Shown piece after piece: positions 46,638-55,822 of a stretch of 64,000 nt of DNA. The DNA lies in assembly GCA_001784285.1 (NCBI GenBank), contig MFQC01000003.1:18151-82150 (forward strand), written 5' to 3'. The first letter of the stretch is position 1; each line of letters opens with the position of its first letter. Source of the stretch: Candidatus Magasanikbacteria bacterium RIFCSPHIGHO2_02_FULL_48_18. GTDB lineage: Bacteria; Patescibacteriota; Patescibacteriia; Magasanikbacterales; UBA922. Below the pieces are notes generated by a model that was not told the DNA's origin, did not search any database, and was given only the letters and a program-made list of their open reading frames with translations. The position numbers and the translations under genes are program-made.

Positions 46638-49600
46638 ATGGACCAATATAATCCAAAAATTATTGAAAAAAAATGGCAGGAAGAGTGGGAAAAGAAGGGA
46701 CTTTCTTCAACCCCAGTCGATGCCACCAGGGATAATAAAATGTATGTGCTCCCACAGTTGCCCTATCCGTCCGGATCCGGGTTGCATGCGGGCCATGCCG
46801 AAGTGTACGCCGCCTGCGATATATACGCGCGGTTTTTGCGCATGCAAGGCAAAAAAGTATTACAAGTGTTTGGTCTGGATTCGTTTGGATTGCCGGCAGA
46901 AAATTATGCCATTAAAACCAATGTCCATCCTCGTGAAACCATTAATAAGGCCGGGGAGATGTTTTGCGAGCAGGTTCGTTCACTTGGCATCTCCGTCGAT
47001 TGGGACAGGTTCGTTCGTTCAAGCGATCCAAACTATTATCAATGGACGCAGTGGTTTTTTTTGCTCATGTATAAGCGGGGATTGGCATATCGAAAAAAAC
47101 AATCGGTGAATTGGTGCGATAGTTGTAAAACCGTTCTCGCAAATGAACAGGTCACGCCTCAAGGAATGTGTGAACGGTGCGAAACCGTCGTTATTCAAAA
47201 AGAAATGGAACAATGGTATTTAAAAATTACCGAATATGCTGAGCGTCTTCTTGAAGGCCTCGACCGCATTGATTGGCCGGAAGAAACAAAACAGCGTCAG
47301 CGCAATTGGATTGGAAGAAGCGAAGGCGCGGAAATTCTGTTCCGGATTCCATGCGGGACGTGTGGAAAAAAGCCGGTCGGCCAAACGATCAGTTGCGCTG
47401 ACGACAAGACAGTGGCCGTCTTTACCACACGTCCTGATACCATTTTTGGAACGACCTATTTGGTTTTAGCTCCGGAGCATCCGTTTATTCAAAATCAAAA
47501 ATCAAAAATCAAAAATTGGAATGAGGTTCAAGCATATATTGAAAAAACCGGCAAAAAAACCGAATTGGATCGTCAGATTGAAAAAGAAAAAACAGGAGTA
47601 GAGCTTGAGGGGATACAGGCGATAAATCCGGTAAATGGTGAAGGAATTCCTATTTGGATTGCGGATTATGTTCTTGCGACCTACGGAACCGGCGCTATTA
47701 TGGCTGTTCCCGCCCACGATGAACGAGATTTTGCGTTTGCAAAAAAGTTTGGGCTTAAAATTCGCCAGGTCGTTGATCCTACAGAATATTTTGTAGCAGT
47801 TGATAAAGCGAATGTTGATTTTAAAAAATTAAATGAATACAGAAAAACAATTTTTGTAAATGAAATAGTTTTTGGTGCAGAAGGTCAATTTACGCTTGCT
47901 GTGAGAAACAAAAAAATAATGAATAAAATAGTGCAGAATTGTATCACTAGGGGTGGCGTTAAAGGGATTTATTCTAGTGGGGAAGAATCAGTGCAGGATT
48001 GGTACAAAACTGAAGAAGAGAAGGAATATCGGCCTTTTTTAGATGAAGCAACTGCAATCAACTCCGATTTTCTTAATGATCTCGAAACAAAAGAAGCAAA
48101 AGAAAAAATAATTCAACATTTGGAGGCAGAAAGGATGGGAAAGCGGCATATCCAGTATAAACTTCGAGATTGGTCGGTGTCGCGTCAGCGGTTTTGGGGC
48201 GCCCCGATTCCAATGATCTACAACGAACAAAGAGCAAAAAATAAAAAACACTATTTGTTTCTCCATGGCTATCGAGCGCATGGGAGTGATTGTTTTCGTT
48301 CTTGGCTCAAACACGAATTGGAAAAACAAGGCCATATTGTTTGGGCCGAAGATTTGCCCAACACAGATAAACCGCACATTGATGAACAGGTTGATTTTGT
48401 TTTGCGCACGGCTGATCTTTCGGAAGATACCGTTATTGTCGCGCATAGTCATGGCGGGGGAGTAGCTTTTCGACTGCTTGAAAAAACAAAACAAAAAATC
48501 GCAAAGGTGGTCTTGGTTGATTGTTTTTACAAGCCGGAATTTACCGATAAAAAACGTCCGGATGTGGAAAAGAGCGATACGTGGACGTTTGATTTTGAAA
48601 AAATTCGCGCGGCCGCGGATGAATTTGTCATTGTTCACGATCGTGATGAAAAAACGATTAGCAAAAAACAAGCCGAAGAAATGGCCGAGCTGTTGGGCGC
48701 TCGTCTTATTTTTGAAACACCGCAAGAACGGCACTTTACCGGCGCGAAAGAGCCGCGTATTTTGGAAGAATCACTGGTCACCGGCTTGCATCCTGTTTCA
48801 GAACATGATTTGCCCGTTCTTTTGCCCGATGATGTTGATTTCAAGCCCACTGGCCAATCGCCCTTGACGTATTCGGAAGAATTTCAAAAAGGCGTGGAAG
48901 AACAATATGGAAAAGGCTGGAAACGGGAAGTGGATACGCTTGATACATTTATGTGTTCAAGCTGGTATTATTATCGTTATCTTGATCCGCATAATGATAC
49001 GGCATTTGCGTCCAAAGAGGCGCTCAAACGCTGGATGCCGGTTGATTTTTATCTTGGCGGGGAAGAGCACGTCAATGGCCACCTGCTCTATTCTCGATTT
49101 TTTACCAAAGTGCTCTACGACGCGGGATACATTGATTTTGATGAACCGTTTCTCAAACATCGCCATCAAGGGCTTATTCTTGGCGAGGACAACAGAAAAA
49201 TGAGCAAACGGTGGGGGAATGTGATCAACCCGACCGATGTGGTGAATACGTTCGGCGCGGACACGGTTCGCATGTACGAAATGTTTATGGGCCCGTTGGA
49301 GCAGACAAAACCATGGAGTACGAATGGGGTAAAAGGCGTGCGGAGGTTTTTGGATAAGGTGTGGAGATTGCATGCATCAGTTGTGAGACACGAGCCTTCA
49401 GACAGCGAAAGTGCGGAGTTGGATTCTTTAGTGCATAAGACCGTAAAAAAAGTCACAAAAGATCTTCATGCGATGAGTTTTAATACGGCAATCGCAAAAA
49501 TGATGGAATTGGTCAATGCGATGCAAAAGGAAGAAAAAATTTGTCAACAGCATTTTGAGTTTATTCTTCTTCTGCTGTCTCCTTTTGTGCCGCACATTGC

Positions 49601-49874
49601 GGAAGAGTTGTGGGCAATGCTTGGCCACACGACAAGCATTACGCTTGAATCCTGGCCTGTATTTGACCCGTCGAAAATTGTGGATGAAATGGTCATGTTG
49701 GTGCTCCAGGTGAATGGAAAAATGAGGGGCAGTATTGAAGTGGGTCGAGATATTTCGGATGATGACGCAAAAACAACGGCTCTCTGCCATCCCAATGTAG
49801 TAAAATGGCTCGGTGGGAAAGAACCAAAAAAGATTATTGTTGTGCCGGGTAAATTGGTCAGTATTGTCGTATAA
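46638..49874 (+). CDS. leuS: Leucine--tRNA ligase with an inserted alpha/beta serine-hydrolase (RBBP9/YdeN-like) domain
   Basis: HAGH (HIGH-type) motif, editing-domain return RDWSVSRQRFWGAPIP, KMSKR (KMSKS-like) and the anticodon-binding C-terminus. At 1078 aa it is about 220 aa longer than typical. The extra segment (about 48228-48800) carries a nucleophile elbow VAHSHGG, an acidic VHDRDE and ERHF. Confidence 0.9.
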   Translation: MDQYNPKIIEKKWQEEWEKKGLSSTPVDATRDNKMYVLPQLPYPSGSGLHAGHAEVYAACDIYARFLRMQGKKVLQVFGLDSFGLPAENYAIKTNVHPRETINKAGEMFCEQVRSLGISVDWDRFVRSSDPNYYQWTQWFFLLMYKRGLAYRKKQSVNWCDSCKTVLANEQVTPQGMCERCETVVIQKEMEQWYLKITEYAERLLEGLDRIDWPEETKQRQRNWIGRSEGAEILFRIPCGTCGKKPVGQTISCADDKTVAVFTTRPDTIFGTTYLVLAPEHPFIQNQKSKIKNWNEVQAYIEKTGKKTELDRQIEKEKTGVELEGIQAINPVNGEGIPIWIADYVLATYGTGAIMAVPAHDERDFAFAKKFGLKIRQVVDPTEYFVAVDKANVDFKKLNEYRKTIFVNEIVFGAEGQFTLAVRNKKIMNKIVQNCITRGGVKGIYSSGEESVQDWYKTEEEKEYRPFLDEATAINSDFLNDLETKEAKEKIIQHLEAERMGKRHIQYKLRDWSVSRQRFWGAPIPMIYNEQRAKNKKHYLFLHGYRAHGSDCFRSWLKHELEKQGHIVWAEDLPNTDKPHIDEQVDFVLRTADLSEDTVIVAHSHGGGVAFRLLEKTKQKIAKVVLVDCFYKPEFTDKKRPDVEKSDTWTFDFEKIRAAADEFVIVHDRDEKTISKKQAEEMAELLGARLIFETPQERHFTGAKEPRILEESLVTGLHPVSEHDLPVLLPDDVDFKPTGQSPLTYSEEFQKGVEEQYGKGWKREVDTLDTFMCSSWYYYRYLDPHNDTAFASKEALKRWMPVDFYLGGEEHVNGHLLYSRFFTKVLYDAGYIDFDEPFLKHRHQGLILGEDNRKMSKRWGNVINPTDVVNTFGADTVRMYEMFMGPLEQTKPWSTNGVKGVRRFLDKVWRLHASVVRHEPSDSESAELDSLVHKTVKKVTKDLHAMSFNTAIAKMMELVNAMQKEEKICQQHFEFILLLLSPFVPHIAEELWAMLGHTTSITLESWPVFDPSKIVDEMVMLVLQVNGKMRGSIEVGRDISDDDAKTTALCHPNVVKWLGGKEPKKIIVVPGKLVSIVV

Positions 49875-49898
49875 GACCGGCGCATGTATTGACAACCT

Positions 49899-51395
49899 AT
49901 GCAAGGGGGGATATGGCAGTCGCCGTCAAAACGTTTTTTTCTTTTTTGTTCGTGCTTTCTTTTCGGCATTTCCAGCGCGTCCGTATTTGATAAACAAGGT
50001 ATCTCCTCTTTTGATATCTTGTTTTTTTTCGCGTGTCTCTCTTGTCTCATATTTTTCAGGAGACACTCTGTGGGGCGTCGAGCTTGTTTTTGCCTTTTGT
50101 TTTTTTGGTCTGGGGTCTTGCGTTTTTTTTTGGGATTTCCGCACATGTCGCCTTCATTTATTTCCTTTTACAACAATGAGCGTGTTACGCTTACCGGCGT
50201 TATACTCATGAACGCGGATGTGCGGCAAGATGGCGTTCGGTATAGGATCGCGGCAGAGACAATACAAAGGGATGACGGAAAGGACAAATCAGTACACGGA
50301 AATATTTTTGTTAAAACATTTTTATATCCGCGATATTTCTATGGGGACACGGTTCGTATTCAATGTGAACTGAAAGCGCCGGAGCCGATTGAGGATTTTC
50401 GGTACGACCGGTATTTGGCGCGATATCGCGTTTGGAGCATTTGCGTCAACCCATCTCTTGAACGTATAGAGGAAAGACACCGTTTTTCGCTTCTTTCGGT
50501 GATTGAATCGCTCAAGAATGTTGTTGCGGAAACCATACAAAAATTATGGCACGAGCCGTATGCAAGTTTTATGGCCGGCCTTTTGTATGGCTATCGCGGG
50601 GGATTGGGAGATCTGGATGTATTATTTCAAAAAACCGGCGTGTCACACATTGTGGCTGTTTCCGGCTATAACATTAGCATTGTTGCGTCTGTCCTTATGT
50701 CTGCCGCAGGGACTATTGGCATTTCTCGAAAAAAGTCGTTTTGGTTTGTTTTAAACGGTATTGTTTTTTTTGTTCTGTTTACCGGCGCGAGTCCTTCGGT
50801 GGTTCGAGCAGGCATTATGGGCGGTTTTGTGTTGCTTGGAAAATATCTGGGCCGCATGAGTCGTGTTGGGAATGCCATTCTTTTTGCCGCGGTTGTTATG
50901 GGTCTTATGAATCCCTTTATGTTGGTGTGGGATATCGGATTTCAGCTCTCGTTTGTCTCCACGCTTGGCCTCGTCTATCTTTCTCCTGTTTGCACTCGAT
51001 GGTTTCATCGATGCCCTGCGCGGTTTGGCCTTCAGGAGACGTTGGTGTCGACCGCGTCCGCCATACTCGCAACGCTTCCGCTTTCACTCTATTATTTTGG
51101 CCGAGTTTCGCTCGTTGCGCTCATGGTCAATATGCTTATTCTTTGGAGTATTCCTTGGATTATGTTTGGCGGATTTCTCTCTTTCTCTTTCTTTTTTTTG
51201 TTCAAACCGCTCGGTTTCTTTTTTGCGGCCATGTCGTGGCTGGGCATGGCATATATTTTATTCACCGTGCAGTGGTTTGCATCCTTGTCATTTTCATCGG
51301 TTGAGTGGAAAGTTTCTTTTTTGACGATGTTCGGTTTTTATGTTGTGATCGCAGGATTTATTCTGTTGCGGGGACGCGTATATAAGGCAAAATAA
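49899..51395 (+). CDS. comEC: ComEC/Rec2-family DNA internalisation channel protein (competence domain only)
   Basis: N-terminal DUF4131-like TM region and the competence domain (VSHIVAVSGYNISIV, multiple TM helices). Lacks the usual C-terminal MBL domain, which is encoded by the next gene. Confidence 0.8.
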   Translation: MQGGIWQSPSKRFFLFCSCFLFGISSASVFDKQGISSFDILFFFACLSCLIFFRRHSVGRRACFCLLFFWSGVLRFFLGFPHMSPSFISFYNNERVTLTGVILMNADVRQDGVRYRIAAETIQRDDGKDKSVHGNIFVKTFLYPRYFYGDTVRIQCELKAPEPIEDFRYDRYLARYRVWSICVNPSLERIEERHRFSLLSVIESLKNVVAETIQKLWHEPYASFMAGLLYGYRGGLGDLDVLFQKTGVSHIVAVSGYNISIVASVLMSAAGTIGISRKKSFWFVLNGIVFFVLFTGASPSVVRAGIMGGFVLLGKYLGRMSRVGNAILFAAVVMGLMNPFMLVWDIGFQLSFVSTLGLVYLSPVCTRWFHRCPARFGLQETLVSTASAILATLPLSLYYFGRVSLVALMVNMLILWSIPWIMFGGFLSFSFFFLFKPLGFFFAAMSWLGMAYILFTVQWFASLSFSSVEWKVSFLTMFGFYVVIAGFILLRGRVYKAK

Positions 51396-51402
51396 AAAAA
51401 TT

Positions 51403-52299
51403 ATGAAAAAATTTTTCTTTTTTTCTTTAGTCATCATTTTGTTGTCCGCCGGAGTGACTGGATATTGGCATATTTCACACAGGACAGAACAAAAGCATAG
51501 CACCACTATCACTTTTTTGGATATTGGCCAGGGAGATGCAACATTTATCGAATTTTCGGACGGCCAGCAGATGTTGGTGGATTGCGCGATTGACGCGCGT
51601 ATTTTGGAAGCGCTCGGGCGTGTGATGCCTTTTTATGATTTTACGCTCGATTATCTTGTTATTACGCATCCGGATCTTGATCACTATGGAGGATGCGTTG
51701 ATGTGCTTAAAAAATTACACGTGAGGCATATTGTGTATTCCGGTCTTCGAGAAGAAGATTCTGGTTATTGGAATGAATTCTGGTTCGCAATCGAGAAGGA
51801 GAAAGCCATGTATCACCAAATGGAAGAACAACAAGAATGGATGGTTGGAGACGCCACGCTTCATTTTTTATATCCGGACCATTCCATTCCGGATAACCCG
51901 CATATTCCAGGCCATGCCGGCGCTATGGATAAAAATAATACGTCGATTGTTTTTGTGGTTGATGCGTATGGCATTCGGACCATGTTGACGGGAGATATGG
52001 AAGAACCTTTGGAAAAATACCTTATTGAAACGGCGTCCGCCTATCTTGCCGCTCATATTCTGAAAGCAGGGCACCATGGCAGTGGCTCCTCATCAAGCCA
52101 ATCATTTTTGAATTTGGTTCAGCCGGAAGAAACGGTCATTTCCGCGGGAGAGAATAATCCCTTTCATCATCCCAATGAAAGAGTTTTGCGGCGGCTCAAA
52201 CGCATGGACGCAAGAATATGGCGGACCGATCGCCAAGGTGATATACTACTCACCATAGAGAAAGGAGGAATGTATGTTCTCTCAGCAAAAAAGAGGTAG
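51403..52299 (+). CDS. MBL-fold metallo-hydrolase, ComEC C-terminal-domain-like (separate gene)
   Basis: ITFLDIGQGDATFIEF and HPDLDHYGG (HxHxDH) motifs. Signal/TM N-terminus. Starts 8 nt after the comEC stop. Confidence 0.8.
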   Translation: MKKFFFFSLVIILLSAGVTGYWHISHRTEQKHSTTITFLDIGQGDATFIEFSDGQQMLVDCAIDARILEALGRVMPFYDFTLDYLVITHPDLDHYGGCVDVLKKLHVRHIVYSGLREEDSGYWNEFWFAIEKEKAMYHQMEEQQEWMVGDATLHFLYPDHSIPDNPHIPGHAGAMDKNNTSIVFVVDAYGIRTMLTGDMEEPLEKYLIETASAYLAAHILKAGHHGSGSSSSQSFLNLVQPEETVISAGENNPFHHPNERVLRRLKRMDARIWRTDRQGDILLTIEKGGMYVLSAKKR

Positions 52300-52325
52300 A
52301 TTTTTGTTATTAGGCATAGACGATT

Positions 52326-53768
52326 GTGAAGATTGGCCGACAAAAAATAATATATGCAGTCTCTGTGGCAAGCAGTCTTCTCTCGTCCTTTTTTATTTTT
52401 TTGTTTCCCGTCTCCACGGCATTTGAATTTATAAAAAATGACAGCATTTGGTTGTCAAACGCCAATGCGTTTGCCGGGGACGAAGTAAAAATTTACACGG
52501 TCGTCGTTAATAACGATTTTCCTTTTGTTTCATCGGATATTCAATTTTTCAACAATGGATCTCTCATTGGAACGGCTGTGATTGACAATCTTTCATTTGA
52601 ATCTGCCGAGCAGGTGTGGATTGCCCATACGCTATTGAAAGGCGAAAATGTTTTTACGATTCGGCTGGCCAATTTTGTGGCAAAGAATGCGGACGGCAGC
52701 GTGGTTCCTCTTTCCGATGCAAACACGACAGGGTACGAGGTCTCAAAAACATTTACCATTGATCTTGATACGGATCATGACGATGTGGGAGATGCGGAAG
52801 ACCTCGATGACGATAACGACGGGCTTTCTGACGAGGAAGAGGCAGGGTTTGGGACCAATCCTTTGCTGGCGGATACCGATGGCGATGGCGTAGGAGATAA
52901 GGAAGAAATTCAAAAAGGATTGGATCCGAACAAGAAAGACAGCGATGGAGATGGATATTTGGACGGCGCTGACGATTTTCCCCAAGATTCGGGAGAATGG
53001 GAAGACACCGACAACGATGGCATTGGCAATAATGCGGATCCCGATGACGATAATGATGGACTTTCCGACCAAGAAGAAGGGGATATCGGCTCAAACCCTC
53101 TTATTCTTGACACCGATGGCGACGGCTTGCCTGATGGGAAAGAAAAAGAATATGGTAGCGATCCCACAAAGGTTGACACCGATCAGGACGGCATTTCCGA
53201 CAATGACGAGGTGAGTCAAGGACTGAACCCCGGAAAAAATGACACCGATGGCGACGGTATTACGGATCAGGATGAAACAAAAAAAGGCACCAATCCTTCT
53301 GTTTCGGATAGCGATGGCGACAGTCTTTCGGATGGGCAGGAAGTGAGCGCGGGCACGAATCCATTACAGACCGATACCGATCTCGATGGGTATCCCGATA
53401 ATGAAGATCCATTCCCGCTCGACCAGCATGAATTTCTCGATACCGATGAGGACAGCATTGGAAATACTGCGGATTTGGACGATGATAACGACGGCCTGCC
53501 GGATGAAGAAGAGTTGTCTCTTGGTACGAACGTCCTTCATCCCGACACCGATCAGGACAGCATTTCCGACAAGGAAGAAACAGCAAAAGGAACCAGTCCC
53601 ACCAATCCCGATTCTGACGGCGATGAACGGCTCGATGGAAATGATGATGAGCCGCTCATTCCGCAATCGCAAACGCGGGAGTTTTTTCTTTGGTTTGGGG
53701 TGGGTGCATCATTTATTCTTTTTTTGCTTTTCTCTGCGGTCTATGCGTATAAATCGGAAAAACAGTAA
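52326..53768 (+). CDS. Secreted/anchored thrombospondin type-3-like (Ca-binding Dx[DN]xDGxxD) repeat protein
   Basis: N-terminal signal/TM, Ig-like N-domain, then more than 12 repeats of DTDGDG/DSDGDG-type motifs and a C-terminal TM anchor FFLWFGVGASFILFLLF. Confidence 0.65.
   Translation: MKIGRQKIIYAVSVASSLLSSFFIFLFPVSTAFEFIKNDSIWLSNANAFAGDEVKIYTVVVNNDFPFVSSDIQFFNNGSLIGTAVIDNLSFESAEQVWIAHTLLKGENVFTIRLANFVAKNADGSVVPLSDANTTGYEVSKTFTIDLDTDHDDVGDAEDLDDDNDGLSDEEEAGFGTNPLLADTDGDGVGDKEEIQKGLDPNKKDSDGDGYLDGADDFPQDSGEWEDTDNDGIGNNADPDDDNDGLSDQEEGDIGSNPLILDTDGDGLPDGKEKEYGSDPTKVDTDQDGISDNDEVSQGLNPGKNDTDGDGITDQDETKKGTNPSVSDSDGDSLSDGQEVSAGTNPLQTDTDLDGYPDNEDPFPLDQHEFLDTDEDSIGNTADLDDDNDGLPDEEELSLGTNVLHPDTDQDSISDKEETAKGTSPTNPDSDGDERLDGNDDEPLIPQSQTREFFLWFGVGASFILFLLFSAVYAYKSEKQ
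52780..53650 (+). repeat. Degenerate tandem coding repeats (gaYaSYgatggMgaYgg units) encoding TSP3-like Ca-binding loops
   Basis: Recurrent gataccgatggcgacgg / gatagcgatggcgacag motifs throughout this interval. Confidence 0.6.
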
Positions 53769-54570
53769 AAAAGAAAAAAAGAAAAAGGAAGAACAAACAA
53801 ATTTTTGCTGGATTTTTGGTTTCTGTTTTTTAATTTTTGTTCCTTTTTTTGTCGTACCGGTCTATGCCGCTCCGGACAGCGATCAGGATGGATTGCTGGA
53901 TGAAGAAGAACGTGTCTGGTATACCGATCCTGAAAACAGCGACACTGATAATGACGGGTATTCCGATGGGTTGGAAATTGAGCAAGGCTATTCTCCTCAC
54001 AGCGGAAATGGGCTTCGTCTTGAACAGTCGGATTTTGACAACGACGGATTGCACGACGCCGCGGAACGCGCATTTGGCACTAACATGGGAGATGCGGACT
54101 CGGATGACGATGGGTATAATGATTTTGAAGAAATTTTGTATGGGTATGATCCTCTCGACCGAGAGCCAATAAAAAAATGGAATAAAAAAATCGTGATTGA
54201 TCTTTCACGACAGCAATTATTTGTCGTTGTGAATGCGATTTCCGTATTGCAATTTCCGGTTTCCACGGGGAATCCATATACGCCGACACCGCCAGGCAAT
54301 TTTTCGATTGAGCGAAAAGTTGATACGATGCTGTACCAAGGCCTGGATTATTATTACCCCGGGGTAAAATGGAATCTTCAGTTTAAGCCGCGTTATTATA
54401 TCCATACGGCATATTGGCATAATGATTTTGGAAAACGAACGCGCTCTCATGGGTGTGTCAATATGAGAGAGGCCGATGTCGCTGTGCTCTACCGGCATAT
54501 TGACGTCGGCACCCCTGTGGAAATTATCGGGAAGACGCCGCCAAAAAGATACGTTGTCGAAACAGAATAG
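53743..54570 (+). CDS. L,D-transpeptidase (YkuD domain) with N-terminal signal peptide and TSP3-like repeats
   Basis: MRINRKNSKKEKKKK plus hydrophobic core plus VYA/AP cleavage-like site. DxDxDG repeats. C-terminal YkuD catalytic motif RSHGCVNM. The start lies within track ORF 53386..54570 and overlaps the 3' end of the preceding gene in another frame. Confidence 0.7.
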   Translation: MRINRKNSKKEKKKKEEQTNFCWIFGFCFLIFVPFFVVPVYAAPDSDQDGLLDEEERVWYTDPENSDTDNDGYSDGLEIEQGYSPHSGNGLRLEQSDFDNDGLHDAAERAFGTNMGDADSDDDGYNDFEEILYGYDPLDREPIKKWNKKIVIDLSRQQLFVVVNAISVLQFPVSTGNPYTPTPPGNFSIERKVDTMLYQGLDYYYPGVKWNLQFKPRYYIHTAYWHNDFGKRTRSHGCVNMREADVAVLYRHIDVGTPVEIIGKTPPKRYVVETE

Positions 54571-54604
54571 AACCTATCTCAAAAAGGAGGGCTGATATCC
54601 CAAT

Positions 54605-55444
54605 ATGCCCCTTTCGGAAATACAGACACAGAAGATTCAAGATGTTTTTTCCTGGTATAAAAAAAACAAGCGCGATTTGCCGTGGAGAAAAACACATGAT
54701 CCGTATCATATTTTGATCAGTGAACTTATGTTGCAACAAACACAGGTTGAACGAGTTATGCCAAAATATGAATTATTTCTTTCTCAATTTCCTACGGTTG
54801 CTCATCTTGCCGGCGCGCGCGCTTCAGACGTTATCAAAGCATGGAAAGGCCTGGGATATAACCGCCGAGCGCTTTATGCGCGCCAAACGGCGCAGATGGT
54901 ACGTACGCAAAACGGAGGCGTATTTCCTGAGACGCTTGAAGAACTAAAACGGTTTCCTGGGATAGGGGAGTATACGGCTCGCGCGCTTTTATCGTTTGCA
55001 TTTCTTCAGCCGCTCGCGCTCATTGATACGAATCACCGCACATTCTACCGGAAAATGTTTTCATTAAAAAAAATAGTATCCGACAGCGTTCTCCTCACAA
55101 AGGCCGAGGATGTTATTCAATACATTGTGTATACCAAAGGAAAAAAGGCGGTGTATCACTGGAATCAGGCATTGATGGATTGGTCTTCCTTTTTTTATCA
55201 GCCCAAGAAAAGACAAAAACGGAAAGGGCGCGAATCCGAAAAGAACACGGAACGTTTCAGGGATTCGAACCGTTATTATCGGGGGCAAATTATTAATGCT
55301 TTGAGAGAATACGAGAGTATATCCATAAAAAAAGCGTATGGTATCATGGCAGATATTGAGCCAATAAGAGCAAAGAAGATTATTGAGAAACTCAAGTCTG
55401 ATGGCTTGATTTTTCAACAAAAGGGCCGTATACTTCTTCCATAA
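54605..55444 (+). CDS. HhH-GPD base-excision glycosylase, MutY/EndoIII-like, without an obvious Fe-S cluster loop
   Basis: LPWRKTHDPYHILISELMLQQTQV, helix-hairpin-helix FPGIGEYTARALL and catalytic Asp region. No C-x6-C-x2-C-x5-C cluster. C-terminal basic/winged-helix-like tail. Confidence 0.7.
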   Translation: MPLSEIQTQKIQDVFSWYKKNKRDLPWRKTHDPYHILISELMLQQTQVERVMPKYELFLSQFPTVAHLAGARASDVIKAWKGLGYNRRALYARQTAQMVRTQNGGVFPETLEELKRFPGIGEYTARALLSFAFLQPLALIDTNHRTFYRKMFSLKKIVSDSVLLTKAEDVIQYIVYTKGKKAVYHWNQALMDWSSFFYQPKKRQKRKGRESEKNTERFRDSNRYYRGQIINALREYESISIKKAYGIMADIEPIRAKKIIEKLKSDGLIFQQKGRILLP

Positions 55445-55475
55445 ACAACAAAGAATTTTTCTTTTCATTTTTTAT

Positions 55476-55817
55476 ATGCGTCTTCTCATTCGGTGGGTCC
55501 TTAACGCCGCAACACTTTTGGCGCTTGCATTTTATTTGCCGGGCATCGAGGTGTCCGGCTGGTATGCCGCCCTCATCACAGCCCTTGTGTTGGGCCTTGT
55601 CAATGCCATTATTCGGCCCATTATTCTCCTGTTGACTTTGCCGATTACCGTTCTCACGCTTGGTCTTTTTACGCTGGTTATCAATGCTGTTCTTTTTTGG
55701 TTTGTTGGCACGGTCGTGGAAGGTTTTTCGGTCGCGGGATTTTGGCCGGCATTTTGGGGCGCTTTGATTATGAGTGTCGTGAGCTGGATTGTCGGTCTTG
55801 TGTTTAAGAAAAAATAA
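55476..55817 (+). CDS. DUF360/phage-holin-4-like small membrane protein (YvlD/Mgm family)
   Basis: 113 aa with 3-4 TM helices. GLVNAIIRPIILLLTLPITVLTLGLFTLVINA matches the family pattern. Confidence 0.6.
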   Translation: MRLLIRWVLNAATLLALAFYLPGIEVSGWYAALITALVLGLVNAIIRPIILLLTLPITVLTLGLFTLVINAVLFWFVGTVVEGFSVAGFWPAFWGALIMSVVSWIVGLVFKKK

Positions 55818-55822
55818 CCGGT

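Noticed and set aside
47489-47516. aaaaatc heptamer microsatellite (x3-4) inside leuS
   Set aside because: Short in-frame simple repeat encoding KSKIKN. Not a CRISPR array or a regulatory element.
53386-53742. N-terminal 119 codons of track ORF 53386..54570
   Set aside because: They run out-of-frame through the TSP3-repeat gene, which ends at 53768. The L,D-transpeptidase most plausibly starts at the internal Met (53743) that begins a signal peptide.
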